64,000 bases of DNA from a phage: the sequence record NC_100327.1, one strand, 5' to 3'. The position numbers were made by a program, and so were the translations under genes. Below are positions 27,848 to 37,285 of this stretch, one piece after another. The notes below the pieces were generated by a model. That model did no database searches. It saw nothing but the letters and a program-made list of their open reading frames with translations, and was not told the origin of the DNA. The stretch's first letter is position 1, and each line of letters starts with the position of its first letter.

Positions 27848-29130
27848 TGCATCAGATCAAAACAACACTGTACGCACTGAATAAAGATGGCAGCTACCAA
27901 CAGTGGAAAGTATTCACGGATGGTGATAAGGTTATCGTAGAGTTTGGCAAGCTTGATGGTAAACTGCAGTACAAAGAGACGGTATGCACACCTAAGAACG
28001 TAGGTCGTGCCAACGAGACTACAGCTGAGCAACAGGCCGAGCTTGAGGCTATCAGCAAGTGGGAAAAACAAGTCCGTCTGGGGTATGTTGAAAACATGGA
28101 AGATTGCGAGCAGGGTGTTGATCTTTTACCCATGCTGGTGCATGACTACCTGAAGCGTGGCAAGGCACTTAAATTACCTTGCTGGATCTTGCGTAAGTTA
28201 GATGGCCTTCGTCTGCTTGTTGTTTTCCAAAATGGTGAGCCTAAATTTATTTCCCGTGGTAATAAGTCCTACCCTATTCAAGGAAAGCTTTTAGAGCAAC
28301 TTCGTTCTTTCCATTCTACCACTGGGATTAAACAACTTGATGGGGAACTATACATTCATGGTCTTCCTTTGCAGAAAATAGTGTCTCTTGCTAAACGGTG
28401 GCGCACACAGGAAGAGATTCAGGCCGAGATCGATAAAGACTATGAGGCAGATAAAAAACGCCGTCATGCAGCAATTAAGGCAGGCTTATCAACATACAAA
28501 AACTTCAACAAGGTAGATATTCCTGTCGATGTTGAGCCTGTTCGTGATGATTTGCGTTACGGTGGGTACTGTAGCTACGATCTGGAGTATCACATTTTTG
28601 ATATTCCTAGCGACAAGGTGTGGTGGGATCCAGAAACAGAGTCTGGACGCTGCAAGGATCTTATGGATGCAGAGGATACCGTTACCACTCTGATGCTTGA
28701 CCATATCAAGGTTGTTGACGCAGAGCTTGCGTACACAGTTGATCATTGCGAAGAATCTGTTGGTATATTCATGTCCGAAGGATATGAAGGTACTATCATG
28801 CGTAATTTCTGCGGTAAATACGAGTACGGTCAGCGAACATCTGAAGCATTGAAATGGAAAAAGTTCAACGACGCAGAGGTGAAAGTTATTGACGTTGAGA
28901 AAGATAAGAATGATGAAGGTGTTCTTATCTGTGTTGACAAGGAAGGTGTTATTGTTAAAATGAAGATGAAAGGCACGCACGAGGAGCGTAGCTATGACAG
29001 GATGCAGGAAATGATCGGCAAGTTTGTCACCTTCAAATATCAATCAAGGACAGAAGACAACAACTACCAATTCCCTGTCGGTATCTGCGTCCGAAATGTT
29101 GACCCAGACACTTGGGAGGTTCTGGAATGA
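27847..29130 (+). CDS. ATP-dependent DNA ligase
   Basis: 427 aa; motif I RKLDGLR (KxDGxR), DGELY, EGTIMR, KWKKF. Confidence 0.8.
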   Translation: MHQIKTTLYALNKDGSYQQWKVFTDGDKVIVEFGKLDGKLQYKETVCTPKNVGRANETTAEQQAELEAISKWEKQVRLGYVENMEDCEQGVDLLPMLVHDYLKRGKALKLPCWILRKLDGLRLLVVFQNGEPKFISRGNKSYPIQGKLLEQLRSFHSTTGIKQLDGELYIHGLPLQKIVSLAKRWRTQEEIQAEIDKDYEADKKRRHAAIKAGLSTYKNFNKVDIPVDVEPVRDDLRYGGYCSYDLEYHIFDIPSDKVWWDPETESGRCKDLMDAEDTVTTLMLDHIKVVDAELAYTVDHCEESVGIFMSEGYEGTIMRNFCGKYEYGQRTSEALKWKKFNDAEVKVIDVEKDKNDEGVLICVDKEGVIVKMKMKGTHEERSYDRMQEMIGKFVTFKYQSRTEDNNYQFPVGICVRNVDPDTWEVLE

Positions 29131-29254
29131 TGTAGGAAGGTTTAGTAGGTAACGGTAGCCAATCGAATGATGGTTTTTCAATTGGCACCTACATAACCAC
29201 ACTGTGTAGTGTTGTTGATCTGGTTAGTTATGAGTAAACTGGAGAGTATGAAAA

Positions 29255-29725
29255 ATGAAACTTGATAAAAATGTTCAACGAAAAGCTTTCTTGGATATGA
29301 TCGCATATTCAGAAGGCACAGATAATGGTAGACAACCCACCAAGGATCGGGGCTATGATGTCATAGTTGGTGGCAAGCTGTTTAGCGATTACAGCAAGCA
29401 TCCAGGTGTGTACGTTAAGCTAAATGCTAAACTTACCTCCTCCGCTGCTGGGCGTTACCAGGTTTTGGAGAAGTTTGCTAAACACTACATGGAACAGTTA
29501 GGATTGCCAGATTTTGGCCCTGCCAGTCAGGACAAGATTGCGTTGCAACTGATCCGTGAGTGCAAGGCTCTCGCCGACATTGACGAAGGGCGTATCCACG
29601 AGGCTATCCATAAATGCCGTTCCCGCTGGGCTTCGTTACCTGGTGCTGGATATGGTCAGCATGAACAGAAGATTGAGAAGTTGATCGAGGTGTTTAAAAA
29701 GGCAGGCGGTGTTGTCCTTGATTGA
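29255..29725 (+). CDS. endolysin (lambda R-type lytic transglycosylase)
   Basis: 156 aa; near-colinear with lambda R as recalled (QRKAFLDM.A.SEGTDNGRQ ... GAGRYQ ... WASLPGAGYGQ). Confidence 0.85.
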   Translation: MKLDKNVQRKAFLDMIAYSEGTDNGRQPTKDRGYDVIVGGKLFSDYSKHPGVYVKLNAKLTSSAAGRYQVLEKFAKHYMEQLGLPDFGPASQDKIALQLIRECKALADIDEGRIHEAIHKCRSRWASLPGAGYGQHEQKIEKLIEVFKKAGGVVLD

Positions 29726-29728
29726 TCA

Positions 29729-29757
29729 TTGACATAACCACACGGACGTGGTATTGT
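29729..29757 (+). promoter_or_regulatory. sigma70-type promoter
   Basis: TTGACA - 17 nt - TATTGT. Confidence 0.5.
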
Positions 29758-29788
29758 TGCCTCATAAAATGTTTAGGAGGGTTTAACC

Positions 29789-29995
29789 ATGAAAGATTTT
29801 CTGTTGGCAATTTTGTTCATGGCAGCATGTCTGGCCTGTGGTGTCGTGTTTGCAGGTGAAACAGCGTATCTTGTCGATGTATATCGGGACAATGGTAAAC
29901 GTATTTGCCTTTATGAGACAAGCCAAGGTGAGCTCTACGAGCTTGTGAAACAAGGCGAGGCTGGATCTTGTCCTCGCACCCATTTCTTTGAATGA
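29789..29995 (+). CDS. small Cys-containing secreted/lipoprotein-like protein
   Basis: 68 aa, ATG with AGGAGGG RBS; N-terminal hydrophobic signal with Cys residues (FMAACLACG); directly after endolysin. Confidence 0.5.
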   Translation: MKDFLLAILFMAACLACGVVFAGETAYLVDVYRDNGKRICLYETSQGELYELVKQGEAGSCPRTHFFE

Positions 29996-30004
29996 GGAGA
30001 ATAC

Positions 30005-30469
30005 GTGGAAGACGGACGTTTAATGAAGTCTGAACGCAGGCTTATTGTGCAACTGATCCCAGAAACAGCTTGGTATAATAACCTACGAAACGCTGTGAAG
30101 AAGAGTGAGTGGGATAAGATCCGTAAGAAGTGCTACAGAGAAGCCAACTACACTTGTGAGGTGTGCGGAGGTAAAGGCAGCAAACACCCAGTGGAGTGTC
30201 ATGAACTTTACACTTTCGAAGATGGAGTGATCCGTCTTGTCGGACTGATAGCGTTGTGCCCGGATTGTCACACATCGGTGCACCCTGGGTTAGCAAATAT
30301 CCGTGGAAAGTATGCTCAGGCAGTTAATCAGTTGGCTAAGGTGAATAAGATCACCAAGGGCATGGCAGAGGCTTATTATCGAGACTGCTTTGCAGAGTGG
30401 CGGGAGCTTAGCAAGGTTCCGGAATGGAAGACTGACTTTTCTTGGATACATCAGTATTTGGAGAATTAA
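30005..30469 (+). CDS. HNH-type zinc-finger nuclease-like protein
   Basis: 154 aa; GTG start with GAGGAG RBS; CEVCGG...ECHELY...CPDCHTSVH. Confidence 0.45.
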   Translation: MEDGRLMKSERRLIVQLIPETAWYNNLRNAVKKSEWDKIRKKCYREANYTCEVCGGKGSKHPVECHELYTFEDGVIRLVGLIALCPDCHTSVHPGLANIRGKYAQAVNQLAKVNKITKGMAEAYYRDCFAEWRELSKVPEWKTDFSWIHQYLEN

Positions 30470-30471
30470 GT

Positions 30472-31326
30472 GTGGTATACTACAATGACAATGATAAAGA
30501 TGCAGTTGCTTGGTTGAAGAATCTAATATCTTTAGGACTACTTCCTCAAGGCGAGGTGGATGATCGTTCTATTACAGAGGTTACTGTAGAAGATCTTAGA
30601 GGTTTCACACAGTGGCACTTCTTCGCTGGCATAGGTGGATGGCCTTTGGCCTTGAAACTTGCTGGCATTCCAGAAACTTGGTCGGTATGCACAGGATCTC
30701 CGTGCTGCCAACCTTTCTCTCAAGCAGGTAAGCAACGTGGAAAATTTGACCCAAGACATCTTGCACCAACATACCTCCGGCTCGTTAAACAGCTTAAACC
30801 TGAGTTCATGTTTGGAGAGCAGGTTGCAAAAGCGATTGAATCCGGATGGCTCGACGATATGCAGAATGAAATGGAAAACGCTGGTTACAGCTTCGGGGCT
30901 TCCATACTTAATGCTGCAATCCTCAACGCCCCGCACCGCCGCGAACGACTTTACTTCGGGGCAGTTAGCAACGTGGTTAACCCCTACGGTAACTCAGGTA
31001 GGGTGCAGATCTCAGGAAGCGATGGAAAGGCGCAAGCAACAACGCTTAGCAACTGGCAGGAAGTCATTAAGTCCTGGGAATCTGTGGGAGCAGGTGAGGA
31101 TGTATTACGGGTGTGGGAGCATACAAGACAGTATCTATGCCGAGACGGAAAATGGCGTAAACTTCCTGAACCCGGCATTCCCTTGTTGGTTGATGGGCTA
31201 TCCACCCCAATGGGATTGTCTCGCCACAAAGGCTTCGGTAACGCCATAGTTCCTCAAATAGGGGCACTTTGGGTGCAAGAGTTTATGAAGTCAGTGGATG
31301 ATTGTGTGAGAGGTGAGCATGGCTAA
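30472..31326 (+). CDS. DNA (cytosine-5)-methyltransferase
   Basis: ORF track 30442..31326; GTG start just after upstream stop; motif I FFAGIGGW, motif IV GSPCCQPFSQAGK, RRERLYF, GNAI. Confidence 0.8.
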   Translation: MVYYNDNDKDAVAWLKNLISLGLLPQGEVDDRSITEVTVEDLRGFTQWHFFAGIGGWPLALKLAGIPETWSVCTGSPCCQPFSQAGKQRGKFDPRHLAPTYLRLVKQLKPEFMFGEQVAKAIESGWLDDMQNEMENAGYSFGASILNAAILNAPHRRERLYFGAVSNVVNPYGNSGRVQISGSDGKAQATTLSNWQEVIKSWESVGAGEDVLRVWEHTRQYLCRDGKWRKLPEPGIPLLVDGLSTPMGLSRHKGFGNAIVPQIGALWVQEFMKSVDDCVRGEHG

Positions 31327-31609
31327 GAAACCTGTAAAAGAGAAATTTGATAAGACAGCTTTTGTATTCGATACACCTCTGGACGACATCATTAGAGGTA
31401 TGCAATCATTGTATCGGAAGGCTGAATCTGAGCAGCTGTCGGAATCAGAACTTTACTGGCTCGGTTGGTGGGAGTTAAACCTGCCTAAAGCTGAAAGTTC
31501 TTCTCTGAGAACTGTTAAAACGTGCGCCCAAGAAAACGCTGCACTTGGAATCTACCACAAAAGGAAAAGATCAACAAAAAGCTCTCCAAGAAAGACTAAA
31601 AAGTCTTGA
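31319..31609 (+). CDS. hypothetical protein with basic tail
   Basis: ORF track 31313..31609; ATG at codon 3; C-terminal KRKRSTKSSPRKTKKS. Confidence 0.45.
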   Translation: MAKKPVKEKFDKTAFVFDTPLDDIIRGMQSLYRKAESEQLSESELYWLGWWELNLPKAESSSLRTVKTCAQENAALGIYHKRKRSTKSSPRKTKKS

Positions 31610-31635
31610 CAAAAGTGTTATTAATCTGATATTAT
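31606..31635 (+). promoter_or_regulatory. sigma70-type promoter
   Basis: TTGACA - 18 nt - TATTAT upstream of 31669 gene. Confidence 0.55.
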
Positions 31636-31668
31636 CAGTCAGATATTTATAAACTAGGAGAACTAGAC

Positions 31669-31977
31669 ATGCTTAAAATTTTTATTGTTGAAGATAAAGA
31701 TATTGTCCAGTTGTATGCAAACGAGAATCATAAAGGTATTATTCTGAAGAAGGAAAGCAACCTCTATGAAAACACAATTCAACCTGGTGATGTAATTAAG
31801 ATCTGTGGCTATCTGCTACCAGACTCATTGATGAAAATAACCCACCACTGGGGGTCTAATCCGTTCCTTTTTGAAAAGTATTGGGATGTTGAGTCACTTA
31901 TTGCAGAGAGTGATGATGCATTTCATTACAGCATCCAACCATCTTGCAGAATAACTAACAGGAGGGTCTTTGAGTAG
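31669..31977 (+). CDS. hypothetical protein
   Basis: 102 aa, ATG with AGGAG RBS, downstream of promoter. Confidence 0.55.
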   Translation: MLKIFIVEDKDIVQLYANENHKGIILKKESNLYENTIQPGDVIKICGYLLPDSLMKITHHWGSNPFLFEKYWDVESLIAESDDAFHYSIQPSCRITNRRVFE

Positions 31978-33109
31978 AGAATATCCACTTATTGAGTCCA
32001 TAGATTGTCTAGCTGATCTTCTTGAACCTGACGCTATAGTTTATTATGACTTCGATCAGGTTGCATATCAAGCTGCAGCAAGTTGTGAAAAAAGGACAAT
32101 TGAGGTAACACACAAAGCCTCCGGACGTAAGAAGATGTTTAAAACACGAACAGAGTTCTGGGGGCGGCAGAAGAACACCGTTGGTGGTTGGTTAAAAGCT
32201 GAGAATACCAACCGTGAAGCTGCATGTAAAAAGGCTGGCAAGGAGTTTATTCCGTGGACACGAGAAGATTTCGATGTCTTGGATATCCAAACCCCTGATC
32301 CTGTAGAGAACTGCTTGCACACAATTAAGTGTAAAGCTAATGCAGTCCTTAATTATCTCGGTATTCCGGAAGATCGGTGCGTGGGGGTACTTGGAGGCAC
32401 AGGTAATTTCAGACTAGATCTTCCCATGCCGGAAAGATATAAAGCCAACCGTAACAATACTCTTCGACCACTGCTGCTTGGAGATGCAAGACAGTATCTC
32501 CAAAAGCAGTATAATGCTCAAGTGATCAACGGTATCGAGGCTGACGACTGGTTAGCTATCCAGCAATTTGAAGGTTGGAACCACTACCAAAAAACAGGTA
32601 AGTTCAACAAGTTTATTATCTCTATTGATAAGGACCAAAGAACACTACCGGGGCTTGTGTTCGATCCCATGCGAAACGATAAGGGAGATTTTGTAAGGGA
32701 AACCCCTATGCTGATCGATAACGGTATGGGGAACATCTTCATGAAGCCTAATGGAGAGGTTGGCGGTTACGGGATGCTGTTCTTCGGATACCAAATGCTG
32801 TGTGGTGACTCTGCTGACAACATCAAGCCGTATCAAGGACTTATCGGTAAGGGTAAGTTCGGGGATGCCTCAGCATTCTACCTACTGTCTCAGTGCAGCA
32901 CTCCAAAGGAGATGTGGGTGGCTATTATTGATCAGTACAAGAAGTGGTTCCCGAAAGGTGTTGTTAAGTATACTGACTTCAATGGTATTGATCGTAGAAT
33001 TTCCGTAGGTCAATGGATGAGTATAATTTTTGACTGTTTGTATATGAAGCGGACATTTAATGACCAGACAAAACTTGTTAACGTTCTTAGAAATGTTGGA
33101 GCAATCTGA
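31970..33109 (+). CDS. 5'-3' exonuclease / flap endonuclease
   Basis: 379 aa; TTG start with AGGAGG RBS; H3TH-type motif CGDSADNIKPYQGLIGKGK. Confidence 0.65.
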   Translation: MSREYPLIESIDCLADLLEPDAIVYYDFDQVAYQAAASCEKRTIEVTHKASGRKKMFKTRTEFWGRQKNTVGGWLKAENTNREAACKKAGKEFIPWTREDFDVLDIQTPDPVENCLHTIKCKANAVLNYLGIPEDRCVGVLGGTGNFRLDLPMPERYKANRNNTLRPLLLGDARQYLQKQYNAQVINGIEADDWLAIQQFEGWNHYQKTGKFNKFIISIDKDQRTLPGLVFDPMRNDKGDFVRETPMLIDNGMGNIFMKPNGEVGGYGMLFFGYQMLCGDSADNIKPYQGLIGKGKFGDASAFYLLSQCSTPKEMWVAIIDQYKKWFPKGVVKYTDFNGIDRRISVGQWMSIIFDCLYMKRTFNDQTKLVNVLRNVGAI

Positions 33110-33441
33110 TGACTAAAAATGCTGTAGATAACGCAATTATGGAAGCTGTTTTTGAGGATGATCACACAACAGGGACACTTAAAACAAAAAATACATTCGT
33201 TGTTGCCACAGGTATGTGGCGGTTGTATGAAGATGACACCATTTCATACATCCTGTACACGGATGATTACGCAGATGACCGTGTATGGTCTGCTGTTTTA
33301 AAAGAGGATTGTGAGCTGATTGAGGGCGAGCGGTTATGCATGTTCACCAGTGTGGAAACAGATGTTAAGCTTTGCTCTCTCGTCTTGTTCAAAGATAAGG
33401 CTTATGCTCCTGATGAAGGAGAGGAGGACGAGGAAGCATGA
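33109..33441 (+). CDS. hypothetical acidic protein
   Basis: 110 aa, ATG overlapping upstream stop, Glu/Asp-rich C-terminus. Confidence 0.5.
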   Translation: MTKNAVDNAIMEAVFEDDHTTGTLKTKNTFVVATGMWRLYEDDTISYILYTDDYADDRVWSAVLKEDCELIEGERLCMFTSVETDVKLCSLVLFKDKAYAPDEGEEDEEA

Positions 33442-34067
33442 GAGAGCGTCTATTATCCATAGACCAGTCGTTGACACACACAGCTTGCGTTGTATGGGAC
33501 GATGGAAAGCCTGTTCATAAGGTTGTGTTACGAACTCAAAGCTCATCTGCAAAAGAGAAGAAACCAGGGACGGTTTCTTTTGCAACAGCTGCTGAGCGTA
33601 TTGACTGGATCTGCAAACAGGTCAGATATTACATCCACACGCACGGCGTTGACACCGTGGTTATGGAAGGGCTTTCCTTTGGATCACGCGGGGATGCCAC
33701 ACGCGAACTGGCTGGGTTGTTTTACGGTCTTGAAGTTATGCTTTGGGATGCTTTAGCTGATTGTGAAAATGACGGCCTGTTTAAGGTCCACACCGTGACA
33801 CCAACAACTGCCAAAAAGTTTGCTCGTAGTCATCTTCCTGAGGAACTTGCTTTTGAGGAGAAGAAAAAGCTTGACAAAAAGACAGGTAAAGAGCATACTG
33901 TGAAGAAACCTGTTACGATGGATAAAAAGTTGATGGTTAAGGCCTGCGAAGTATCTGAACCTGGGTTCCTAGATGGGATCAATTTGGTACAAGGTAAGGC
34001 CGATCTCGCAGATGCTTATTGGATAGGCAGGGCGCATCTGGAGGGGTTATCGCAAAGCGTAAAATAA
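33438..34067 (+). CDS. RuvC-like Holliday junction resolvase (RNase H fold)
   Basis: 209 aa; LSIDQSLTHTACVVWDDG N-terminus, VVMEGLSFG acidic motif, C-terminal Asp cluster. Confidence 0.5.
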   Translation: MRERLLSIDQSLTHTACVVWDDGKPVHKVVLRTQSSSAKEKKPGTVSFATAAERIDWICKQVRYYIHTHGVDTVVMEGLSFGSRGDATRELAGLFYGLEVMLWDALADCENDGLFKVHTVTPTTAKKFARSHLPEELAFEEKKKLDKKTGKEHTVKKPVTMDKKLMVKACEVSEPGFLDGINLVQGKADLADAYWIGRAHLEGLSQSVK

Positions 34068-34624
34068 GAAAGAAAGCTGTCAAAGCCCCCGTTCATAGCG
34101 GGTGGCTAAAAGATTCTAAGGACATAGCCAACTTTCGAAAAGAATTGTCAGAGGAGCAGGATGGTCTTGATCCGATCTTGTGCGAGCCACTTCGTAAGCC
34201 TTGTTTAGATCATGATCATCTGACTGGTCGTTGCAGGGGTGTTTTGTCTCAGTGCACTAATACCTTTGAGGGGTATGTGCTTAAATACTGGATGAAATAC
34301 TGTAACGAGTATACAGATTGCAGTTTATCAGAGGCGTTGCGCCGGATGGCTGACTATCTGGAGAAAGACTACAGCGACTTCCCGCTCCACAAAAACTACA
34401 GAGATGATATGACAAAGTTCTTGAGGAGATGCTCTAAAGCTACGATTATTGCACGAGCAGAATCAGATCTCAATCTTGTCATTAATCCAGAGTGCACCAA
34501 GCATGAGGCTATTGAGTCCTACATGCAGGAGTTTATAAAGAAAACTGAGGAGAGAGATTTCTATGGGGATGAAAAAGGTATTCAATCCTTGCGACTCAGT
34601 CCTGATCAGGATGAAATACCGTAA
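34019..34624 (+). CDS. Endonuclease VII-like junction-resolving enzyme
   Basis: Track ORF starts at TTG inside the RuvC-like gene; no in-frame ATG/GTG before the catalytic motif CLDHDHLTGRCRGVLSQC, so true start is uncertain. Confidence 0.55.
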   Translation: MDRQGASGGVIAKRKIRKKAVKAPVHSGWLKDSKDIANFRKELSEEQDGLDPILCEPLRKPCLDHDHLTGRCRGVLSQCTNTFEGYVLKYWMKYCNEYTDCSLSEALRRMADYLEKDYSDFPLHKNYRDDMTKFLRRCSKATIIARAESDLNLVINPECTKHEAIESYMQEFIKKTEERDFYGDEKGIQSLRLSPDQDEIP

Positions 34625-34784
34625 CTGGAAAGGTGTTGTTGCAGATCGCTGCGTTACTGAGCCTAATTTATGGTTTGGCTCTACAGAGTATCATAAAGAA
34701 GAGCAGTGGTTGATGCATGCCTTTGATGTAGACAAGGGCGAATATCGTGACTTCGCTTTAAAAGACATTCTTCAGTTTTACTAA
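34563..34784 (+). CDS. hypothetical protein
   Basis: 73 aa, ATG start, overlaps preceding gene. Confidence 0.4.
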   Translation: MGMKKVFNPCDSVLIRMKYRNWKGVVADRCVTEPNLWFGSTEYHKEEQWLMHAFDVDKGEYRDFALKDILQFY

Positions 34785-34796
34785 GGAATTTTGACG

Positions 34797-35780
34797 ATGA
34801 TGACAAAGTTAACTCTTGAGCAAATTTTAACACTAAAGCAGCAGGGATACACTAATAGACAAATTGCTCGTGAATTTTTAGGCCGTGAGTCACGTGAGAG
34901 TTGGATCCGACTACAGCTTAAACGTGCACAAGAGAATATGTCAGAGATTGTAGGAGAAGCAACGGAGCGCTTCCTTGAAGAACACAAAGGAGCTAAAGTT
35001 TGGGTGTATGATACAGAAACATCACCAACAAACGGCTGGTTCTTTGGGCACTATAAGACCAACATTCAAACCTGCGGTATTGAAATTATGCCCTATATGC
35101 TAACTTTCGCAGGTAAGTGGTTAGACAGTCCTAGTGTGGTTGACTGCGCTCTTCCCGATTACAAAATGTGGGATGAGGATATTCACAATGACCTCGAATT
35201 GATTCAGGACTTGTGGTATTATCTGGATAAATGTGATGTCGCAGTAGCCCACAATTCAGGTTTTGACTGTGGGTGGGCAAACCAACGATTTGCATTTCAC
35301 GGGTTGCCTCCAACAAGCCCATACAAAGAGGTTGACACCCTTAAAATGATCAAGAAGGCATTCCGTTTGAATGCAAACACTTTGGAGTATGCATGCAAAT
35401 ACTTCCAACTTGCCCGACAGAAACTGATTGACCACACATTTGAAATGTGGATCAAGTGTGTTCATGGTGATCTTGAGGCGTTTAAACAGATGCGGGAGTA
35501 CAATGTTGGTGATATCCTATCTCTGGAAGGCCTGTATTTGCTGGCACGCCCGTTTGCTAAGCAGCACCCCAACATGTCATTGTACTACCAGGATGAGGAG
35601 CCAAAAGTTCGTTGCCCACGCTGCGGTGGAGAACACCTTCACGAGGAAGAAGCTTTGGCGTATACTCAACTGAGTGCATTTAAAACATATCGCTGCGAAG
35701 GTTGTGGATCTGTTGTTCGTGACCGTAACAACATCCGTACCAGAGAAGAAATGAAAAACACCCTGATTCAGATAATCTAA
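34797..35780 (+). CDS. DEDD-family 3'-5' exonuclease with N-terminal HTH
   Basis: ORF track 34791..35780; ATG at codon 3 with AAGGAA RBS; Exo motifs VWVYDTETS, VAHNSGFDCG, YNVGDILSLEGLY; C-terminal CxxC...CxxC. Confidence 0.65.
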   Translation: MMTKLTLEQILTLKQQGYTNRQIAREFLGRESRESWIRLQLKRAQENMSEIVGEATERFLEEHKGAKVWVYDTETSPTNGWFFGHYKTNIQTCGIEIMPYMLTFAGKWLDSPSVVDCALPDYKMWDEDIHNDLELIQDLWYYLDKCDVAVAHNSGFDCGWANQRFAFHGLPPTSPYKEVDTLKMIKKAFRLNANTLEYACKYFQLARQKLIDHTFEMWIKCVHGDLEAFKQMREYNVGDILSLEGLYLLARPFAKQHPNMSLYYQDEEPKVRCPRCGGEHLHEEEALAYTQLSAFKTYRCEGCGSVVRDRNNIRTREEMKNTLIQII

Positions 35781-35785
35781 TCAAG

Positions 35786-35815
35786 TATAGGGAGGCTTGC
35801 GCCTCCCTTTTCCTT
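35786..35815 (+). terminator. rho-independent terminator
   Basis: GGGAGGC-ttgc-GCCTCCC hairpin followed by TTTTCCTTTT. Confidence 0.6.
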
Positions 35816-35826
35816 TTGGAGGCACT

Positions 35827-36645
35827 TTGAGCAAGAAAGAGTCCAACGACAAATATTACACAAACCCTGAGTATGCAGAATATCTTGTTGGTAAAGTAAA
35901 AGATAAGTATGGAAATTGTGCATACGTTGAGCCTTCTGCTGGAAGGGGTTCTTTTTCAAAACTATTTTCAGAGATACTGTCTTACGATCTAGTACCAGAT
36001 CCTGAATTTGAAGGACCAACACCGTGCATTCAGGCAAACTTCTTGGAGGTGCATCCCAAGGCAGATGTCTTCATAGGTAACCCACCATTTGGCAAGAATT
36101 CATCTTTAGCTTGCAAATTCTTTAACCATTGTGCATCATTGCTAGAGCTTGGAGGGGCTATAGCCTTCATCTTGCCACGGACATTTGAAAAAATATTTTT
36201 TGCAAACAAACTGGACATGTCGATGCACCTTGTCTACAGTGAAAGGTGCCCTAAGAACTCGTTTCTACTTAATGGCAAACCTTATGACGTGCCGTGTGTT
36301 TTCCAAATTTGGGAGAAAAAGGCGTGCAACAGGGATCCTGTAGAGATTGGGGAGAATAAGTTATTTTCTTTTAGCACTCCAGATGACTACGACTTCTGTG
36401 TAAGACGTGTTGGGTATAATGCTGGAAAAGTATTGGGGGAGGATGACCCAAAATCTGAAGAATCAACATATTTCATAAAATCTTTAGTTGACGGTGTTGA
36501 CAGAGTGTTTGCTGAATGCTATTCTTCTTTTCAAGAAGAAGCAGGTAAGACTGCCGGAATGAAGAGTATAGGTAAGAAAGAACTACAATACATTTTGGAG
36601 ACTAGGTATGATCAAAAGCATAGACTTGACCAAAGAACTTACTGA
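35827..36645 (+). CDS. N6-adenine DNA methyltransferase (gamma-class motif order)
   Basis: ORF track 35797..36645 begins inside the terminator; start placed at TTG after GGAGG; motif I VEPSAGRGSF precedes motif IV FIGNPPFG. Confidence 0.75.
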   Translation: MSKKESNDKYYTNPEYAEYLVGKVKDKYGNCAYVEPSAGRGSFSKLFSEILSYDLVPDPEFEGPTPCIQANFLEVHPKADVFIGNPPFGKNSSLACKFFNHCASLLELGGAIAFILPRTFEKIFFANKLDMSMHLVYSERCPKNSFLLNGKPYDVPCVFQIWEKKACNRDPVEIGENKLFSFSTPDDYDFCVRRVGYNAGKVLGEDDPKSEESTYFIKSLVDGVDRVFAECYSSFQEEAGKTAGMKSIGKKELQYILETRYDQKHRLDQRTY

Positions 36646-37066
36646 TGCAAAAGCTTTTGGTGAGACAGCGGTACAAAGGGGGCAGGCGATGGGACTGGCA
36701 CTACCTTTCGTATTAAAAGAGCACTTTACAGATTTTCAACTTATCAAGGGTGATAAGGGAATGCTTATCCTGGAGCATAAGTTGAGTAAGAAACGCTATA
36801 AAGTTGTTTTTAATTCTAAAGCTCCAACAAAACTGGGATTCAGAACTTACAATCTTAACCCATCCTACACTAAGGGTGTTGGAAGGGTAGAACAACAGCA
36901 TTTCAGTGCCAGAGCTTCTTTAGCCCCTTTGATGCTAAATTTCTCAGGGGTGGCTTTAGGATACCTTGATAAGAAAAGAGTTCTTCATGTCCGTTTCACA
37001 GACTTTGTAACGCTTCTAGCCAACAACGAGGTTGATGAAAAGGGACGTGTAAAAACAAACTTCTAA
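36608..37066 (+). CDS. hypothetical protein
   Basis: 152 aa, ATG with GGAG RBS. Confidence 0.5.
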   Translation: MIKSIDLTKELTDAKAFGETAVQRGQAMGLALPFVLKEHFTDFQLIKGDKGMLILEHKLSKKRYKVVFNSKAPTKLGFRTYNLNPSYTKGVGRVEQQHFSARASLAPLMLNFSGVALGYLDKKRVLHVRFTDFVTLLANNEVDEKGRVKTNF

Positions 37067-37093
37067 TAACGCATAGTATGATTGGAGAACGCA

Positions 37094-37285
37094 ATGACAC
37101 TAAAGTTAACAATTCCAGACAGCTTTTCAGAAGACTTTATCCCAGAAATGATGGGTAAGATGCGATCATTGCTTGATCAGATCGAGGAAGCTGTTTGGGA
37201 AGACGATGCTGTAGTGGCTAACGAGCTGGTAGATAAGTGTAAAAGTATTATTGATGCAGTTGAAGAATACCACGGAGGTTTTTGA
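37094..37285 (+). CDS. hypothetical small acidic protein
   Basis: ORF track 37082..37285; ATG at codon 5 with GGAG RBS. Confidence 0.45.
   Translation: MTLKLTIPDSFSEDFIPEMMGKMRSLLDQIEEAVWEDDAVVANELVDKCKSIIDAVEEYHGGF

Noticed and set aside
34019-34067. Programmed -1 frameshift fusing the RuvC-like and Endo VII-like frames
   Set aside because: The second frame is -1 relative to the first, but the overlap lacks a canonical X XXY YYZ slippery heptamer; independent initiation or a TTG start is more likely.
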